A program made the translations under genes and the position numbers. The notes beneath the pieces were generated by a model, which did no database searches, had not been told where the DNA came from, and saw only the letters and a list, made by a program, of their open reading frames with translations. 64,000 nucleotides of DNA. Source: Isurus oxyrinchus (taxonomy: Eukaryota). The stretch covers positions 3,162,001-3,226,000 of the forward strand of contig JANJGN010000026.1 of NCBI GenBank assembly GCA_026770705.1, written 5' to 3'. Each line of letters starts with the position of its first letter. The first letter of the stretch is position 1. Shown here one piece after another: positions 51,203 through 63,192 of the stretch.

Positions 51203-53745
51203 AACTAAGCCACGCAGGTAGAACTTAAAAACAGAACAGGAGCAATCACATTGCTGGAAGTAGAGAAATAGAAGAGCAGATATATATAGACAAATTTCAG
51301 AGAAGTGTAAAACTAATTGGGTAGTAATGGAGGGGGATTTCAACTTCCCCAACATTAAGTGGTTTAGTCATAAGTTTAGAGGTAGTGGAATTCTTAAAAT
51401 GCATCCAGGAGAGATTTTTAAATGAGTACGCAGAAGGTCCTGGGCTTACTTTTAGGGAATGAAGCCAGGCAAGTGGTAGAGGTATCAGTGGGGGAATATT
51501 TTGTAGATAGTGATCAGAACTCCATTAGATTCAAGGTTGTTATAGAAAAGGACAAGGATGGGGCAGAAATCAGAGTTGTAAATTGGAGGAATGCCGATTT
51601 TAATAAGATCAGATATGATTTTGCCAGAATGGATTGGAAGCAGCTACTTTTAAATAAATCTGCGTCAGAGCAGTGGGGATCATTCAAGAAGGAAATAGGG
51701 AGAGAACAGGGTCAACATATTCCAGTAAAGACAAAGGGCAGGACCAAAAAATCATGGGAACCCTGGATGTCGCAGGATATACCGGATTGGATAAAGAGGA
51801 AAAAGGAGGCTTTGGGCAGATTCCGAGGGCTCAAAACAGCAGATTCCCTAGAGGAGTATAGAATGTATAGGGGGAACTTATAATGGAAATTAGGAGAGTA
51901 AAAAGGGGCATGAAAAAACAGTGGCAGGTAAAATGAAGAAAAATCCAAAGTTATTTTACAAGTACACTTAGAGCAAGAAGATAACTAGGGAAAGAATAGG
52001 GCTCATTAAGGGCCATATTGGTAATTTATGTGTGGAGCCGGATGACCATAGGTAGGGTTCTAAATTAATACATTGTGTTGGTGTGCACAAGTGAGAGGGA
52101 CAACGTGGGTATGGAAATCAAGCAGAATGACTGTGATATGATCAAAGAAATTAACATAGAAATGGAGGAGGTTCTAAGTGGTCTGGCAGAGTTAAAAGTA
52201 GATAAATCTCCAAGCTTGAATGAAATATATCCCAGGCTGTTAAATGAGGCAAGGTAGGAGCGCGGGCAATAATTTTATAACTGGAGGACTGGAGGACAGC
52301 CAGTGTGCTACTGCTATCCAAGAAAGGAGGAGGCGATAAACCAGGGAACTACAGGCCGATCAGCCTAACAACAGTGGTGGGGAAACTAATGGAAGCAATT
52401 TTGAGGGGCAGGCTTAATCTACACGTGTAGAGGAAGGGATCAATCAAGGACAGTCAGCATGGTTTTGTTAAGAGGAGGTCATGTCTGACCAATTTGATTG
52501 AATTTTTCGAAGAGGTGAGCAGGTGTGTAGGAGAGGGCAATGCATGTGGGGTCTACTTGGACTTCAGCAAGGCTTTTGATAAGGCTTCCCATGGGAGACT
52601 GATAACGAAGATAAGAGCCCATGGGATCCAAGGCAATTTGGCAAATTTGATCCAGAATTGGCTGAGTAGCAAGACGCAGAGTTTGATTGTCAAAGGGTGT
52701 TTTTGTGACTGGATGCATGTGTCCGGTGGCTTTCCTCAGGGCTCGGTGTTGGGTCCCTTGCTGTTTGTGGTATATATAAATGATTTAGACTTGAATGTAG
52801 GAGGGCTGATCAGTAGGTTCGCGGGTGACACGAACATCGTTGGGGTGATAAGTAATGATTAGGATAGCTGCAGTTTACAGGAGGACATAGGCGGGATTAT
52901 CAGATGGGCGATCAGTGGTAAATGGAATTTGATCCAGATAAGAGTAAGGTGGCGTACTTGGGCAGGACAAACAAGGCACGGGAATACAAGATGAATGGTA
53001 GGACCCTGGCAAGTACTGAGGATCAAGGGCACCTTGGTGTACATGTCAACTAGTCCCTTGCTGTAGCGGGACAGGTAGATAAGGTGGTTAAGAAGGCATA
53101 TGGGATACTTGCATTTGTTAGCCAAGGCACAGAATATAAGACAGGGAGGTTATGCTGGAAGTGTATAAAGCACTGGTGATGTCACAGCTGAAGTAATGTG
53201 TGCAGTTCTGGAATCCGCATTATAGGAAGGATGTGATTGCACGAGAGAGAGTGCACGTTAGATTTACCAGGATGTTGCCTGGGCTGGAGGGTTTTAGTTA
53301 TGAGGAGACATTGGATAGACTGGGGTTACTTTTCTTGGAGCAGAAGAGATTGAAGGGGGACATGATTGAGGTGTTTAATATTATGAGGGGCATAGATAGG
53401 GTAGACAGGAAGGAACTTTTCTCCTTGCTGGAAAGATCAATGACAGGGGCAATAGATTTAAACTCAGGGGCAGAAGATTTAGGAGGGATTTGAGGAAGAA
53501 TTCTTCTCACCCAGAAGGTTGTGGTAACCTAGAACTCGCTGCCTGAAAGGGTGGTAGTGGCATAAACCACCATAACATTTAAGAATTATTTGGATGGGCA
53601 CTTGCGATGCCATGGCATACAAGGCTATGGCTTTAGTGCTAAAAAATAGGATTAGAATAGTGAGGTATTTGTTTGGCCGGCGCAGACTCGAAGGGCCGAA
53701 GGGTCTTTTTCTGCGCTATAGACCTCCATGATTCTGTGACTGTGA
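51203..53745 (+). mobile_element. 5'-truncated CR1 LINE, ORF2 (endonuclease C-part + RT) with stops and frameshifts
   Basis: MEGDFNFPNI, DSDQNSIRF, YLDFSKAFDKASH, GFPQGSVLGPLLFVVYINDLD, RFAGDT; 3' attctgtg tail. Confidence 0.92.
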
Positions 53746-56389
53746 TTTTGACCCAGCGACAGTGAAGGATCGGGGATATAGTTCCAAGCCAGGATTTTTA
53801 TTCTCTAAATGAAGATTTTTGTTTTTTAAACATCACAGTATTAAATGACCGGCCACTTACCGGAGAAAATGTATCCCAATTCTAGACTGTCCCAACAGAA
53901 ACATTTTAGCATTTACCCTATAAATCTCCCTAAGAGGGCTATTGTTTTGTCTTTCAATGCAATTACCTCTCAATCCCGAAACTTCAGAAAGTATAGGCTA
54001 AATTTATTGTTATATGAAATTCCTCTCATAACTGAAACAAACTAGCGAACGTTAGATTCACTCCCACTAGGAGAAGTATATCTTTCCATTAGACCGGAGG
54101 CATAAACAGCACACACTGCTCCAGACTTGGCCTCACCAATGCCCTTGATTAATTCCATCCACGGTGAAAATATATCGACAGGCACTAGACGCGTTCAGCA
54201 ATTTAAAATTCAGAGGGAAAACCGCGGAGTGAATGGACATCGGTTTGTAAATTGGTTCACTTTATGACTTCCGCTCCCACCCGGGAAGACGTCCAGCCGT
54301 CAAGAGATACTGGCCAATCCACTGGCCGGCAACTCTCCAATGCCAGCTGCAGAAACTGGTGGAGCGCCGACGGCTCCGACTGCAGCCAGTGCCCAATGGA
54401 ACGCAGAGCTGGAGCCGGATAAGAATTTGAGTGGAGAGGGGTGCGGGAGGCGGTGTGAGCCCGAGGTTTGCGGGTGAGTAAATTGGGCTTGTGTGAGTGT
54501 TTGTTGTGAACCGTGATCGGGAGGACAGGGAAATTTTGAATTTAATTCCATTATTTAAAATGGCTGGAAGAGAATACGCAAGAAACTGTAGGCCTTGAGT
54601 TCATATCTAGATAGATATATGTATCAGAGATTATTAGGAATGATGAGAAAGCAATTTTCCATGTTGCACTTAAACTTACATCGAGGGTTGTCCATTTTAG
54701 ACATAACATACTCCACAGTTTATTCTAGTCGCATGTAAAATGGTAAACATGTTATTAAGCAATATTCATCATTGTTGTATCTGCCTATCTACTCTTAATA
54801 GATCGGTTAGCTGTACAGTATCTTTGCTCGTCTACATTTAGTTATCTCTGTTGAAGTCTAATATTGTCCGAGAATTTACTATAAACTCCGAAATATTAAG
54901 AAGGAGATTGAAAAGCAAATTTGGAGCCAAATTACAGAAAGAACATATGATTACATTGTAGTAACAAACGGGACTTCAATTATCATAATAGTGGCAATGT
55001 GAAGTGCGAAGAGGGAGACGAATTCCTGAAATATGTATAATTTGTGTTGCCAACTCACGAAGAAATGGAGCAAAGTTATAAGTATGTACCCATTTGATAT
55101 ATTTATAACTTGGATGGGAGGTAGGAGAAAGAGTTGAGATTAAAGGATATGTATTCAGGTTGATAGGAGTTATACGTTGCTGCCGTGATCATTATGAATG
55201 GAAAACACTGCTGTTACTGCGAATGAATATTCGGTATATTTTTCGGCTTCCTTGTCCAGTATGGAGCCGAGCTTCGTTATGATTGTTGGAAGTGTACTGA
55301 TCCAGTCAAGAAGAGATATTTCATCACATTCCTTACTCGTACCTCGACGAAGGTTTACAGGCTTTTTGGGGGTTCGGGGTGTGGGGAAGTTGTCATGAGA
55401 TGAGTTACTCACCTCGGAATTCCCAGTCAATCATCTGCTTTATTTTGTATTTACTTTATATACATAGTTGGTCCAATTTAGTGTCTGATGAATGGTGATC
55501 CCCAAATTCTAAACTCGATGCTGTTATGATGATATTATGATTCCTGTGTCCGAAATATTTTCCCAGTGAAACATGCTCCGCTAGCAATATTTCATTTCCT
55601 TGAACGAGATCCATTGCAGCGCCCTTCCTTCTTGAGATGGAAAGACATGATTTGTACATATCTCATAAATTCCACTCCCTCTTTGCTCTTTACATTGCCA
55701 ATATCTTGGATAATGTTACAAACCGGCGGAAGTTAGATAATGTGGAGGAGCGAAGATATGACAGTCAAGCTTACGATTAATTAAAGACGTGTAGGCAGAT
55801 CGAAAAAACAAAGGAAATTGCTTAATTGTATGTTTACTGTTCCACATTTGGCTGAAATATAAAGGGGAGCGTGTTATGATTCAGTGGCACTGACCCTTAT
55901 AAGTTCAAGCGCACCGGGTCGAATAGCAATAGCAAGCATTTTTTAAAATAGATAATTCCATATTCTGTATTAAAACCGACGTGCACCTGCACAATTCGCC
56001 CCCAACACGCTCTGTGATTGAGCTATATAATGTCTAAGGCGGTAAGTCTTACTATGTTGAAGACAGTGTCTCGTTTGCCGTCCATTAGAAGGGAAATGCA
56101 ATAAGAGGTATGTAGTCATTTATTCCATAATACAGGTGTGGGCGGAGAAGTTGTGCAGACTTCTACATGTGAATGAATAAGGCTTCAAGGAATAACGTAT
56201 GTGTGGAACGCTGGGGAGCAACAACACCCACATATATCAAAACATTAACACTCAATGGCAGCAGCTCAACATTAAAGAAGCTCACTGATGAATAGTATTG
56301 TGTTAGAGGCACGCATTATCCTGTGCATCTAAATATAAAATACATTTAGCACACTGGAGCTCACGGGACATTTGTAGATATCTGGATAT

Positions 56390-56690
56390 GTGAGCATTTT
56401 AGAATTCTATTTCTGGTTTTCAAATCCCTTCATGACCTCACCCTTTATTATCTTTCTAATTTCCTTCACGCTTACTACCCGTCGAGATAAATGAACGCCA
56501 CCAAATCGGACCTGCTGTACACCCTCAATTTTAATCACTCCATAATTGTGCCTTTCGCGAGTAAGGCCCTGGGCTCTCTAATTCCGTCCCGAACCATCTC
56601 CACATTCCTACAGCTATTTCCCTTCTTAAGGCGATTCTTAATACCAAGCACACTGACCAAACATTTTTTTACATCTATCCAAATATCTCC
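56390..56690 (+). mobile_element. L2-type LINE 3' remnant
   Basis: ttttcaaatcccttcatgacctcacc...ttcttaataccaagcacactgaccaaacattt resembles an L2 3' region. Confidence 0.45.
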
Positions 56691-56694
56691 TCAT

Positions 56695-56916
56695 GAGAAA
56701 GCAAAATACTGCGAATGCTGGAAACCTGAAACAAAAACGGAGAATACTGGAAGCACTCAGCAGGCCTGGCAGCATCTGTGGACAGACAAACAGAATTAAT
56801 GTTTGGAGTCCATATGACTCTGAAGAAGGGTCCTACGGACTAGAAGCGTTAACTCTGTTTCTTTCTCCGATGCTGCCAGACCTGCTGAGTACTTTTTCAA
56901 CATTTTCTGTTTTTAT
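56695..56916. mobile_element. Palindromic (fold-back) Penelope-derived short element
   Basis: ctcagcaggcctggcagcatc...acagaattaatg is inverse-complementary to gcgttaactctgt...gatgctgccagacctgctgag; centre carries CTGAAGA-GGGTCC-TAC-GGACT. Confidence 0.75.
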
Positions 56917-56999
56917 ATCCTTACGTGATTTGTTTAGGTTCCCCTTAATTAACACGTTAATATTCGATTCAGCCTTGTGGTAGCGAGTTCTGAATTTTC

Positions 57000-57625
57000 A
57001 TCACTGTTTGGGTGAATAAATTTATTTTGAATTACAGGCCGGATTTGCTGCCTCTCTTATAATGATAGCCTCTAGTTATGTTATTTATCAACAAATAAAG
57101 CATTTCCTTCATATAAAATCTATCCAAATATTTCATACATAATGGCCTCTATTATGTTATAATGCCGCCTTCTTTTCAACAAGGGAGAAGTGACGCTGAC
57201 TGCTGAGCCCTTCCTGATATGTATATCGACGCAATTCTGGTAACATCGTTGTGCATTTTCTTTTCACTCTTAAGTGCTTCTATACCCTCTAATTTTATAA
57301 CACGGTGACCAGAACTGCACCCACTACTCCAAGTGTAGTTGAACCAAGGTTCGGTACAAGTTAAGCATAATGTTCCTGCTTTTCATTTATAACCCTCCAT
57401 ATAGAGCTCCTAATGTTTTTTTTAATAGTCTTCCTAATCTGTGGCACAACTTTTACACAACAATGTATTAACACACCACGATCATGCTGGTTTCTGCCTT
57501 TACCCCATCATGACTTACACCTTCCAAGTTATAAGTGACCTACATATTTAAATTACCAAAATGTGTTCCTTCACATTTATCTGGGATCAACTTCATTTGC
57601 CCAATGTGTGTCCACTTTTTCAAGT
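57000..57625 (-). mobile_element. Degenerate CR1 3' fragment
   Basis: ggtgaccagaactgcacccactactccaagtgtag and the minus-strand ORF QMKLIPDKCEGTHFG are CR1 RT-tail motifs. Confidence 0.6.
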
Positions 57626-60189
57626 TTATTAAGGAAAGACAGGAATTAGCTAAAATTAGGTGCTCGCTCCTACATGGTTTGGTGATGGCGATTATTAATA
57701 ATAAACTTAAGGAGACGTTAGAGCACATGTTGGAGGAATGCTTGAAGCTTATGTTGATTTATTGACATGACATAAGGTGGAAAAAGGCTTTTGTGGGGAA
57801 TCAACAACCGCATAGATCTATTTGTCTGAATAACCAGTAATTGCACTTTTATGCTGTCTTCAATTATGGTCAATAAGAATCAATACAACTCTAGCCTTTT
57901 TTTCTGATTCGCTGTTGCACCTATGTACAGATTTAACGATTATGTAGAGTGGGAAATCTCTTTGCTCCTCCTCTGCAGCATATAGTTGTATCAGAATGTA
58001 GAAGTCATCTCGAAATATTTGTCTTGCATGAAAGCAAAGTGACCTCGCACTTACACAAATTCATCTCCATCTGCCGGGCTTTCAGCTGAACTCCTAATCT
58101 GTAGATGCCCCTGTGCAATGCTGTGCTCCCATTTGCACTATTTACTAGCGCACATGCTTCCAACTCTCTGCAGACTTAGACAGTTAAATCTTTATTCTTG
58201 CATCCAAGGCATTGAATAAAGATGACGGGAATTTGAAAACCCAGAACACGATCCTGGGGAACCACCACATGTCAGAAACCATCAATCCGAATGTTTAACA
58301 TTTATTACAACTTTCTGTGCCGTCCTTTTTGCTTCTTTTTGAGTGTCTGTGGGCCTTATGTGAGGGTTTCAGTCAATCTATATGGCTAATATCGCTGGAT
58401 ACACTGGTTTCTACTTCTTGGTACCATCCTCAGAATTAAATTAGTAGATCCACCACACTCTTAAGAATGCAGAGCGAACACTGGAAATTTTGGCCCTCCC
58501 CGCCGACGGGATTTTCCGGTCCCACCAAATTCAATGGACTCTTCAACGGATTGTCACATTTTAGGGCCCATTCCCCGCAGTGCTTGATTAATTTAATGGA
58601 TACGTTTAATCAAACCAATGCGAAATCTTTTAGGGGAATATAGAATAGAATTTGGGATAATCGAGCATCAAAGTCAGGAGAATAGCGTAAGTCTCACACT
58701 GTTGTAGACCGAATCAGGAATGTGGGCTTTAGTGGAAATGGGTATTAAAGGGGAGTGGGGAATGGAGGACACACACTGCCATTATGCTCCTGATCATTGA
58801 GCTAAGGTTCAGCTGCCAGTACATTTCATTCAACCAACTCTACGTCACATCTTACCTTGCTGCCATGTGTGCAATTGTACTCACTGACACATTCTCAATT
58901 GTATTCTCTGAAAGCTATATTACACCTTCAGTCTGTACGTAGCACGGGAAAAAATCCATGTACAGTATTGCAGCTCGCACATACACAGCAGATGATTAAT
59001 AATTGAAAGTGGGCTGAAAGAAATCAGCGTGACGAACTAGGATCCCCATAATGTTCCTAATCACATTTCGTAACTGGGTTATTCTTCTGTTTAACATAAA
59101 CCAATTAAAATCTATGTTCATCAGCGAATGAAAATGGTTTCCCAATGCTCTCAATGTTGGTTTGCCAACGTCATGAGCATTAATATGCAAATGTTACACG
59201 TCAGCTGCTCATGATGCCAGCAATTAGAAATAGTACAGTTCTCATGTCAGTTATTATCAAACCGACGCTGTTTTCATAATATGAACTTCATCCATGCCTA
59301 TTAACACTATCATGTTGCCAGCTTAAGTACATGACCAAATTAAGGACAACCAACCCTCGGTAGGTGAAAACTCGTTGATCACATGGGCATTGCTCTTGCG
59401 TGAATCGAATTATAAGGCCCAAGTTCTAACAATTATGAATCACAAATGATTGCGATGCTGATGGTTCGGGAGATTGTTGGCAAGTTTGTATCAAAGTACT
59501 TCAGGACGGTGATTTACTGGCCATAGATATTAATGATCGAGAATCACGAGACGGGATGCAATTATGACGATTTGAGTTAGAAAGCCTTTCGGGAAGAACA
59601 CCGGCGGAAGGTGCATTCTTTGAAACTTGCACGTTTGACCTTACAGTTAGTCCTCCCATGTATGCCGTTAGGCTCGACTATTGGAGGACTAAAAGTGTAC
59701 CATTCCCTGCTTTCAAGGGATATATCCACTTGTGCCTTCCAAACTGAACATGGTTTTATGCTTTCCATGAGGTAATGCACGTTTATGTCCGTCAGAGGCA
59801 ATGCATCTGGCTCCTTGAGCTCTGTTCAGGAGATGGAAAAGGGATTTCAACTCCAAACGTGTTCCAAACTAATTGTACTTCTATGTCCACAAAGCTCATG
59901 AATCAAGCATTAAACTTGTTCGTAAATCTTGCAGCCCCACAACTTTCTGTATGAATACTTTACACTCGATCAATTCTTAAAATCTCCCAAATTTAATATT
60001 GTCCTCTCCTTGATCCATTAACTATTAATAACGTTCTACTTACATTTATCTACCCTGCCCCATTCTTTGACATTTTTAAACAGTTTGTTTTATGGACTCA
60101 TAACGTAAGATTCTTTAAAAGGTAAATGAACAAGTTTATTGTTTTTTTTTTATTCCTATTTACATATCATCATACCTGGCATCGTTCTA

Positions 60190-60625
60190 GTCATCAAGAA
60201 TGGCGACAGAGTGATTACGCTACAGAACAAATAGGCCAGAAGGCAGGCCTAATAATACAGAAGCATGAGTTCAAATACCAAAGCAGCCACTTGGGAATTA
60301 ACGTTCAGTAAATTTAATAAAGCTGCAATTAAAACACTACGATAAGCAAAGTTGACATGAAACTACCGGATTGTTATAAAGGCCAGCCCTTTCGTTTTAT
60401 CATGTCCATTAGGGAATGATACCTAGTATTTTCACCCGGTCTCACATACACAAAACCCCAAATACCCAACAATGTAACTGACTTTTAACTGCTCTCTGAA
60501 GTAATCAAGTAAGTCATCCATGTCAAGCAAGAGGCTCACCAACACTTCCCAGGGGCAATTAGGGACAGTCAATAAATCTTAGTTTTGCCAGGGATACTGT
60601 ATCGTGTGAATGAATAAAGCAACAA
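60190..60625 (+). mobile_element. tRNA-derived SINE (same family as 38388), degenerate
   Basis: B-box-like gagttcaaatacc; tail ggggcaattagggacagtcaataaat...gtgaatgaataaa. Confidence 0.65.
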
Positions 60626-60929
60626 AAAATGTTTTGCACAATTTTTAAAGCCTCAACGTCCATACGATATTGGAGAGCCGACAGTATTTACGCTCTGTAC
60701 TCTGCCTCAAATCCGAGCTAATTTCCTTTCCAAGTATCTTTTCCAGCGTCTTTTACAACCTGCATCATCTCAAACTTATTGGCACTGAATTTCACCTCCC
60801 ACCTATTTGCTCTTTATCGCATATTAACCATTTCCATCTGGTCTTCTAAATATTAAATGCTATTTTTTAAGTTGCGTACACCTTTCAGAAAACTCTCATC
60901 GCGGCAATAAGCACAAAATAATTTTTAAA

Positions 60930-61570
60930 AGTACTAATGTAGCGTCCATCAACAGCCTAAGGCGCTTCCCCAGTGCTGTGTTAAATAAAGAATGACAGCA
61001 AGACACATAAGGAAACACTGGGTCAGATTACCAAAAGCTTCGTCAAACAGGTAGTTTTAATTAACATCTTAAACAAGGAGAAAACAAGACAGAAAGGCGG
61101 AGAATTGTAACCATTGCATCTCAGAGTTTTTGACTCGGGTGGTTGATGGCACGGTCACCAATTGTGGAGCAATTAAAGTTGGGAGCTTTCAAGGGGCCAG
61201 AAAAAAAAGGAGAAATCTTGGAGGGTTTTGGGGTTGGAGGAGAGTACAGATGTAGAAAGGGGCAAGGCTATGAGGATTATGACAACAAGGATTAGAATAA
61301 TACATCAAAGGTTGCTTGGCCAGAATTAAATGTCAGTTAGTGAGCAAAGGGGTGATGGGGGAATGGGACTTGCTGTGAGATAAGGCGAGGGCGCCAGAGT
61401 TTTATGTGACCTCAGGTTTACAGTGGGTAGAATTTGGGAGAAATGAGTGGGTTGAAATAATCGAATCTAGAGTTAATGAAGGCAAGGATGAAATGTTCAG
61501 CACAAGTTGAGTAGAGACAGGGGCGAAGTCGAATGATGTTTTGGCGTGGGAAAAGTGCATCTTACAGATA
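60930..61570 (-). mobile_element. L2-type LINE remnant immediately upstream of the Ig promoter
   Basis: Reverse complement resembles the L2 3' region at 56390-56690. Confidence 0.45.
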
Positions 61571-61640
61571 CACACTGTGGATATTAGAGTTATAACCTCG
61601 CCTATCGCAAACCGTCGGCAACACACAAATGGTCAATCAC

Positions 61641-61682
61641 TCCGCCCTATGCAAATTCGCCAAGCCTTTTGAGGTTTATAAG
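61641..61682 (+). promoter_or_regulatory. Ig V promoter: GC box, octamer ATGCAAAT (61649-61656), TATA-like TTTATAAG (61675-61682)
   Basis: Perfect octamer ~18 bp upstream of the TATA-like box and ~120 bp upstream of the leader ATG. Confidence 0.75.
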
Positions 61683-61774
61683 GCCGGTGTTCTGCTACAC
61701 ACCATTACATACAACAGTTGGTGTTGAGGTCGAGATTTCGTTCTGCTTATGTTTTCCACATTGGTGAAGAAACA

Positions 61775-61817
61775 ATGAATATTTTCTGCCTTTCGCTGTT
61801 CTTAACCAGGTTACCAA
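61775..61817 (+). CDS. IgNAR: IgNAR leader exon (MNIFCLSLFLTRLP), splice donor mutated to TT
   Basis: Matches the IgNAR-type leader MNIF.LS..L..LP; phase-1 junction is followed by TTAAG instead of GTAAG at 61818. Confidence 0.8.
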
Positions 61818-61944
61818 TTAAGCGCTTTTCATGGAAAAACATGTGTTAACTGGATACAGTTTGCATTTAGATTTTTCTATTGTTTCAGACCTGCAATATG
61901 CATTTATTTATTAAATGTAACATTTATTTTTTTTAACCATTCAG

Positions 61945-62216
61945 GTGCCTTCAGTATATGGGTGGACCAAACACCAAGAACGGCACCAAAAATGATAGGC
62001 GAATCCCTGACCATCAACTGCGTCCTAAAGGATCCTAGCTTTGGTTTGTGCTCTACAGCATGGTGCCACAAAAACCCAAGAACAACAGATTGGGAATGGA
62101 TAACCATTGGCGGCCGATATGTTGAATCAGACAACAAGGGAAGCAATTCCTTTTCCCTGCGAATCAATGGCCTGACAGTTGAACACAGTGTCATGTTTCA
62201 CTGCAGAGCTCGAGAG
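61945..62216 (+). CDS. IgNAR: IgNAR variable (VNAR) germline segment, unrearranged; possibly pseudogenic
   Basis: After the ttcAG acceptor: AFS-IWVDQTPRTAPKMIGESLTINCVLKDPSFGLCSTAWCHKNPRTTDWEWITIGGRYVESDNKGSNSFSLRINGLTVEHSVMFHCRARE. C22, W36 and C83 at VNAR positions; short C'/C'' region (no CDR2) typical of VNAR. Confidence 0.93.
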
Positions 62217-62254
62217 CACAATAATGAGTTTGAGCTTCCATTCATACAAGAACA
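62217..62254 (+). other. V 3' recombination signal sequence (22-bp spacer)
   Basis: CACAATA-22-ACAAGAACA. Confidence 0.85.
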
Positions 62255-62451
62255 CCCCCGAATCTTCTGTTGAATGAAATACGAATTGTTTCGCTCTTTT
62301 CCCTCAAACTTTCATTTTGCAGGTATTGATTCCCATCTGAGACAGGTGGAGATGTGTAAATAACTGGTGACAGTTTCAGGATCAGAAATCCCCGCATTGA
62401 GAAAGTGGCTTTAAAGTGCGGTTGTTCAATTTACAGTCTCGCAAGTGAACC

Positions 62452-62534
62452 TCTTTGTGCACTGGGCTGTACCACTGTGTGCATACTATAACAGCCACAG
62501 CAATCGAGAAGACGGTTCCTGTAATACACAAACT
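62452..62534 (+). other. IgNAR D1 segment (62480-62495, tgcatactataacagc) with 12-bp 5' RSS and 23-bp 3' RSS
   Basis: tctttgtgc-12-CACTGTG [D] CACAGCA-23-ACACAAACT. Confidence 0.85.
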
Positions 62535-62731
62535 ACCAGCAGAGATTCTGTTTTAAAAGTGACAACAAAGTCACCAATTCTCAACGAGGTTAGGAGCAAG
62601 TTATTGGTTACCCGGTGATTTGGAGGGGTAACACGTTTCGTTATAAAAGGCTGGAAAAAAACAACATTGTGATGTGTATACAGATTGTGGTTTACGTCAA
62701 AACTGAGAGCCTTGTATTACTGCACGTGCGA

Positions 62732-62809
62732 CCTTTTTGCATTGATCCCTATGATTGTGTACCTGGCGGACCACAGTGATGAATCCTGGATACTCATAAT
62801 ACATAAACT
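62732..62809 (+). other. IgNAR D2 segment (62760-62771, tacctggcggac) with 12-bp 5' RSS and 22-bp 3' RSS
   Basis: cctttttgc-12-GATTGTG [D] CACAGTG-22-ACATAAACT. Confidence 0.85.
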
Positions 62810-63124
62810 TCCCCACACCTCTTAAGGCAAAGCGAACAGATGTCACTTTCTGAGTGGCTAAGATATTTCATGGCTAAATATTTATTATCTTCGTCAGACA
62901 GTGCTTGGTAAATTAAAGGCTTTTTCTCTAATTATTTAGGTGGTAATTTTATACATTTTATAAATGTCATCTTCATAATAGAACACTTTAGATTCACCAG
63001 GACTTTTCGAGTGGGTGAGAATTATAGGCACCTAAGGGATCCTAACATATAGGCAACGATTTGCTACATTTTTCAATCAATTTCGTGAATATTTGAAGGA
63101 TTTTTGTAAAGTTTTGGACAATGG

Positions 63125-63192
63125 ATTTATTGTGTTGGGGTGAATTGATGTGTACCTGCGATGACACAGTGCCTCGGGCCACAGCACAAACC
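63125..63192 (+). other. IgNAR D3 segment (63153-63164, tacctgcgatga) with 12-bp RSS on both sides
   Basis: atttattgt-12-TGATGTG [D] CACAGTG-12-GCACAAACC. Confidence 0.85.

Noticed and set aside
54180-54550. CpG-rich patch resembling a promoter or first exon (ends GG|GTGAGT)
   Set aside because: Resembles the GC-rich MITE-like repeats also seen near 31700, 39200 and 58490; no linked downstream exons identified
62184-62190. Perfect CACAGTG heptamer inside V FR3 (created by the D77H codon)
   Set aside because: No nonamer at 12 or 23 bp, so not a credible RSS
62217-62273. ORF extension HNNEFELPFIQEHPRIFC after the V domain
   Set aside because: Simply translation through the RSS of the unrearranged gene
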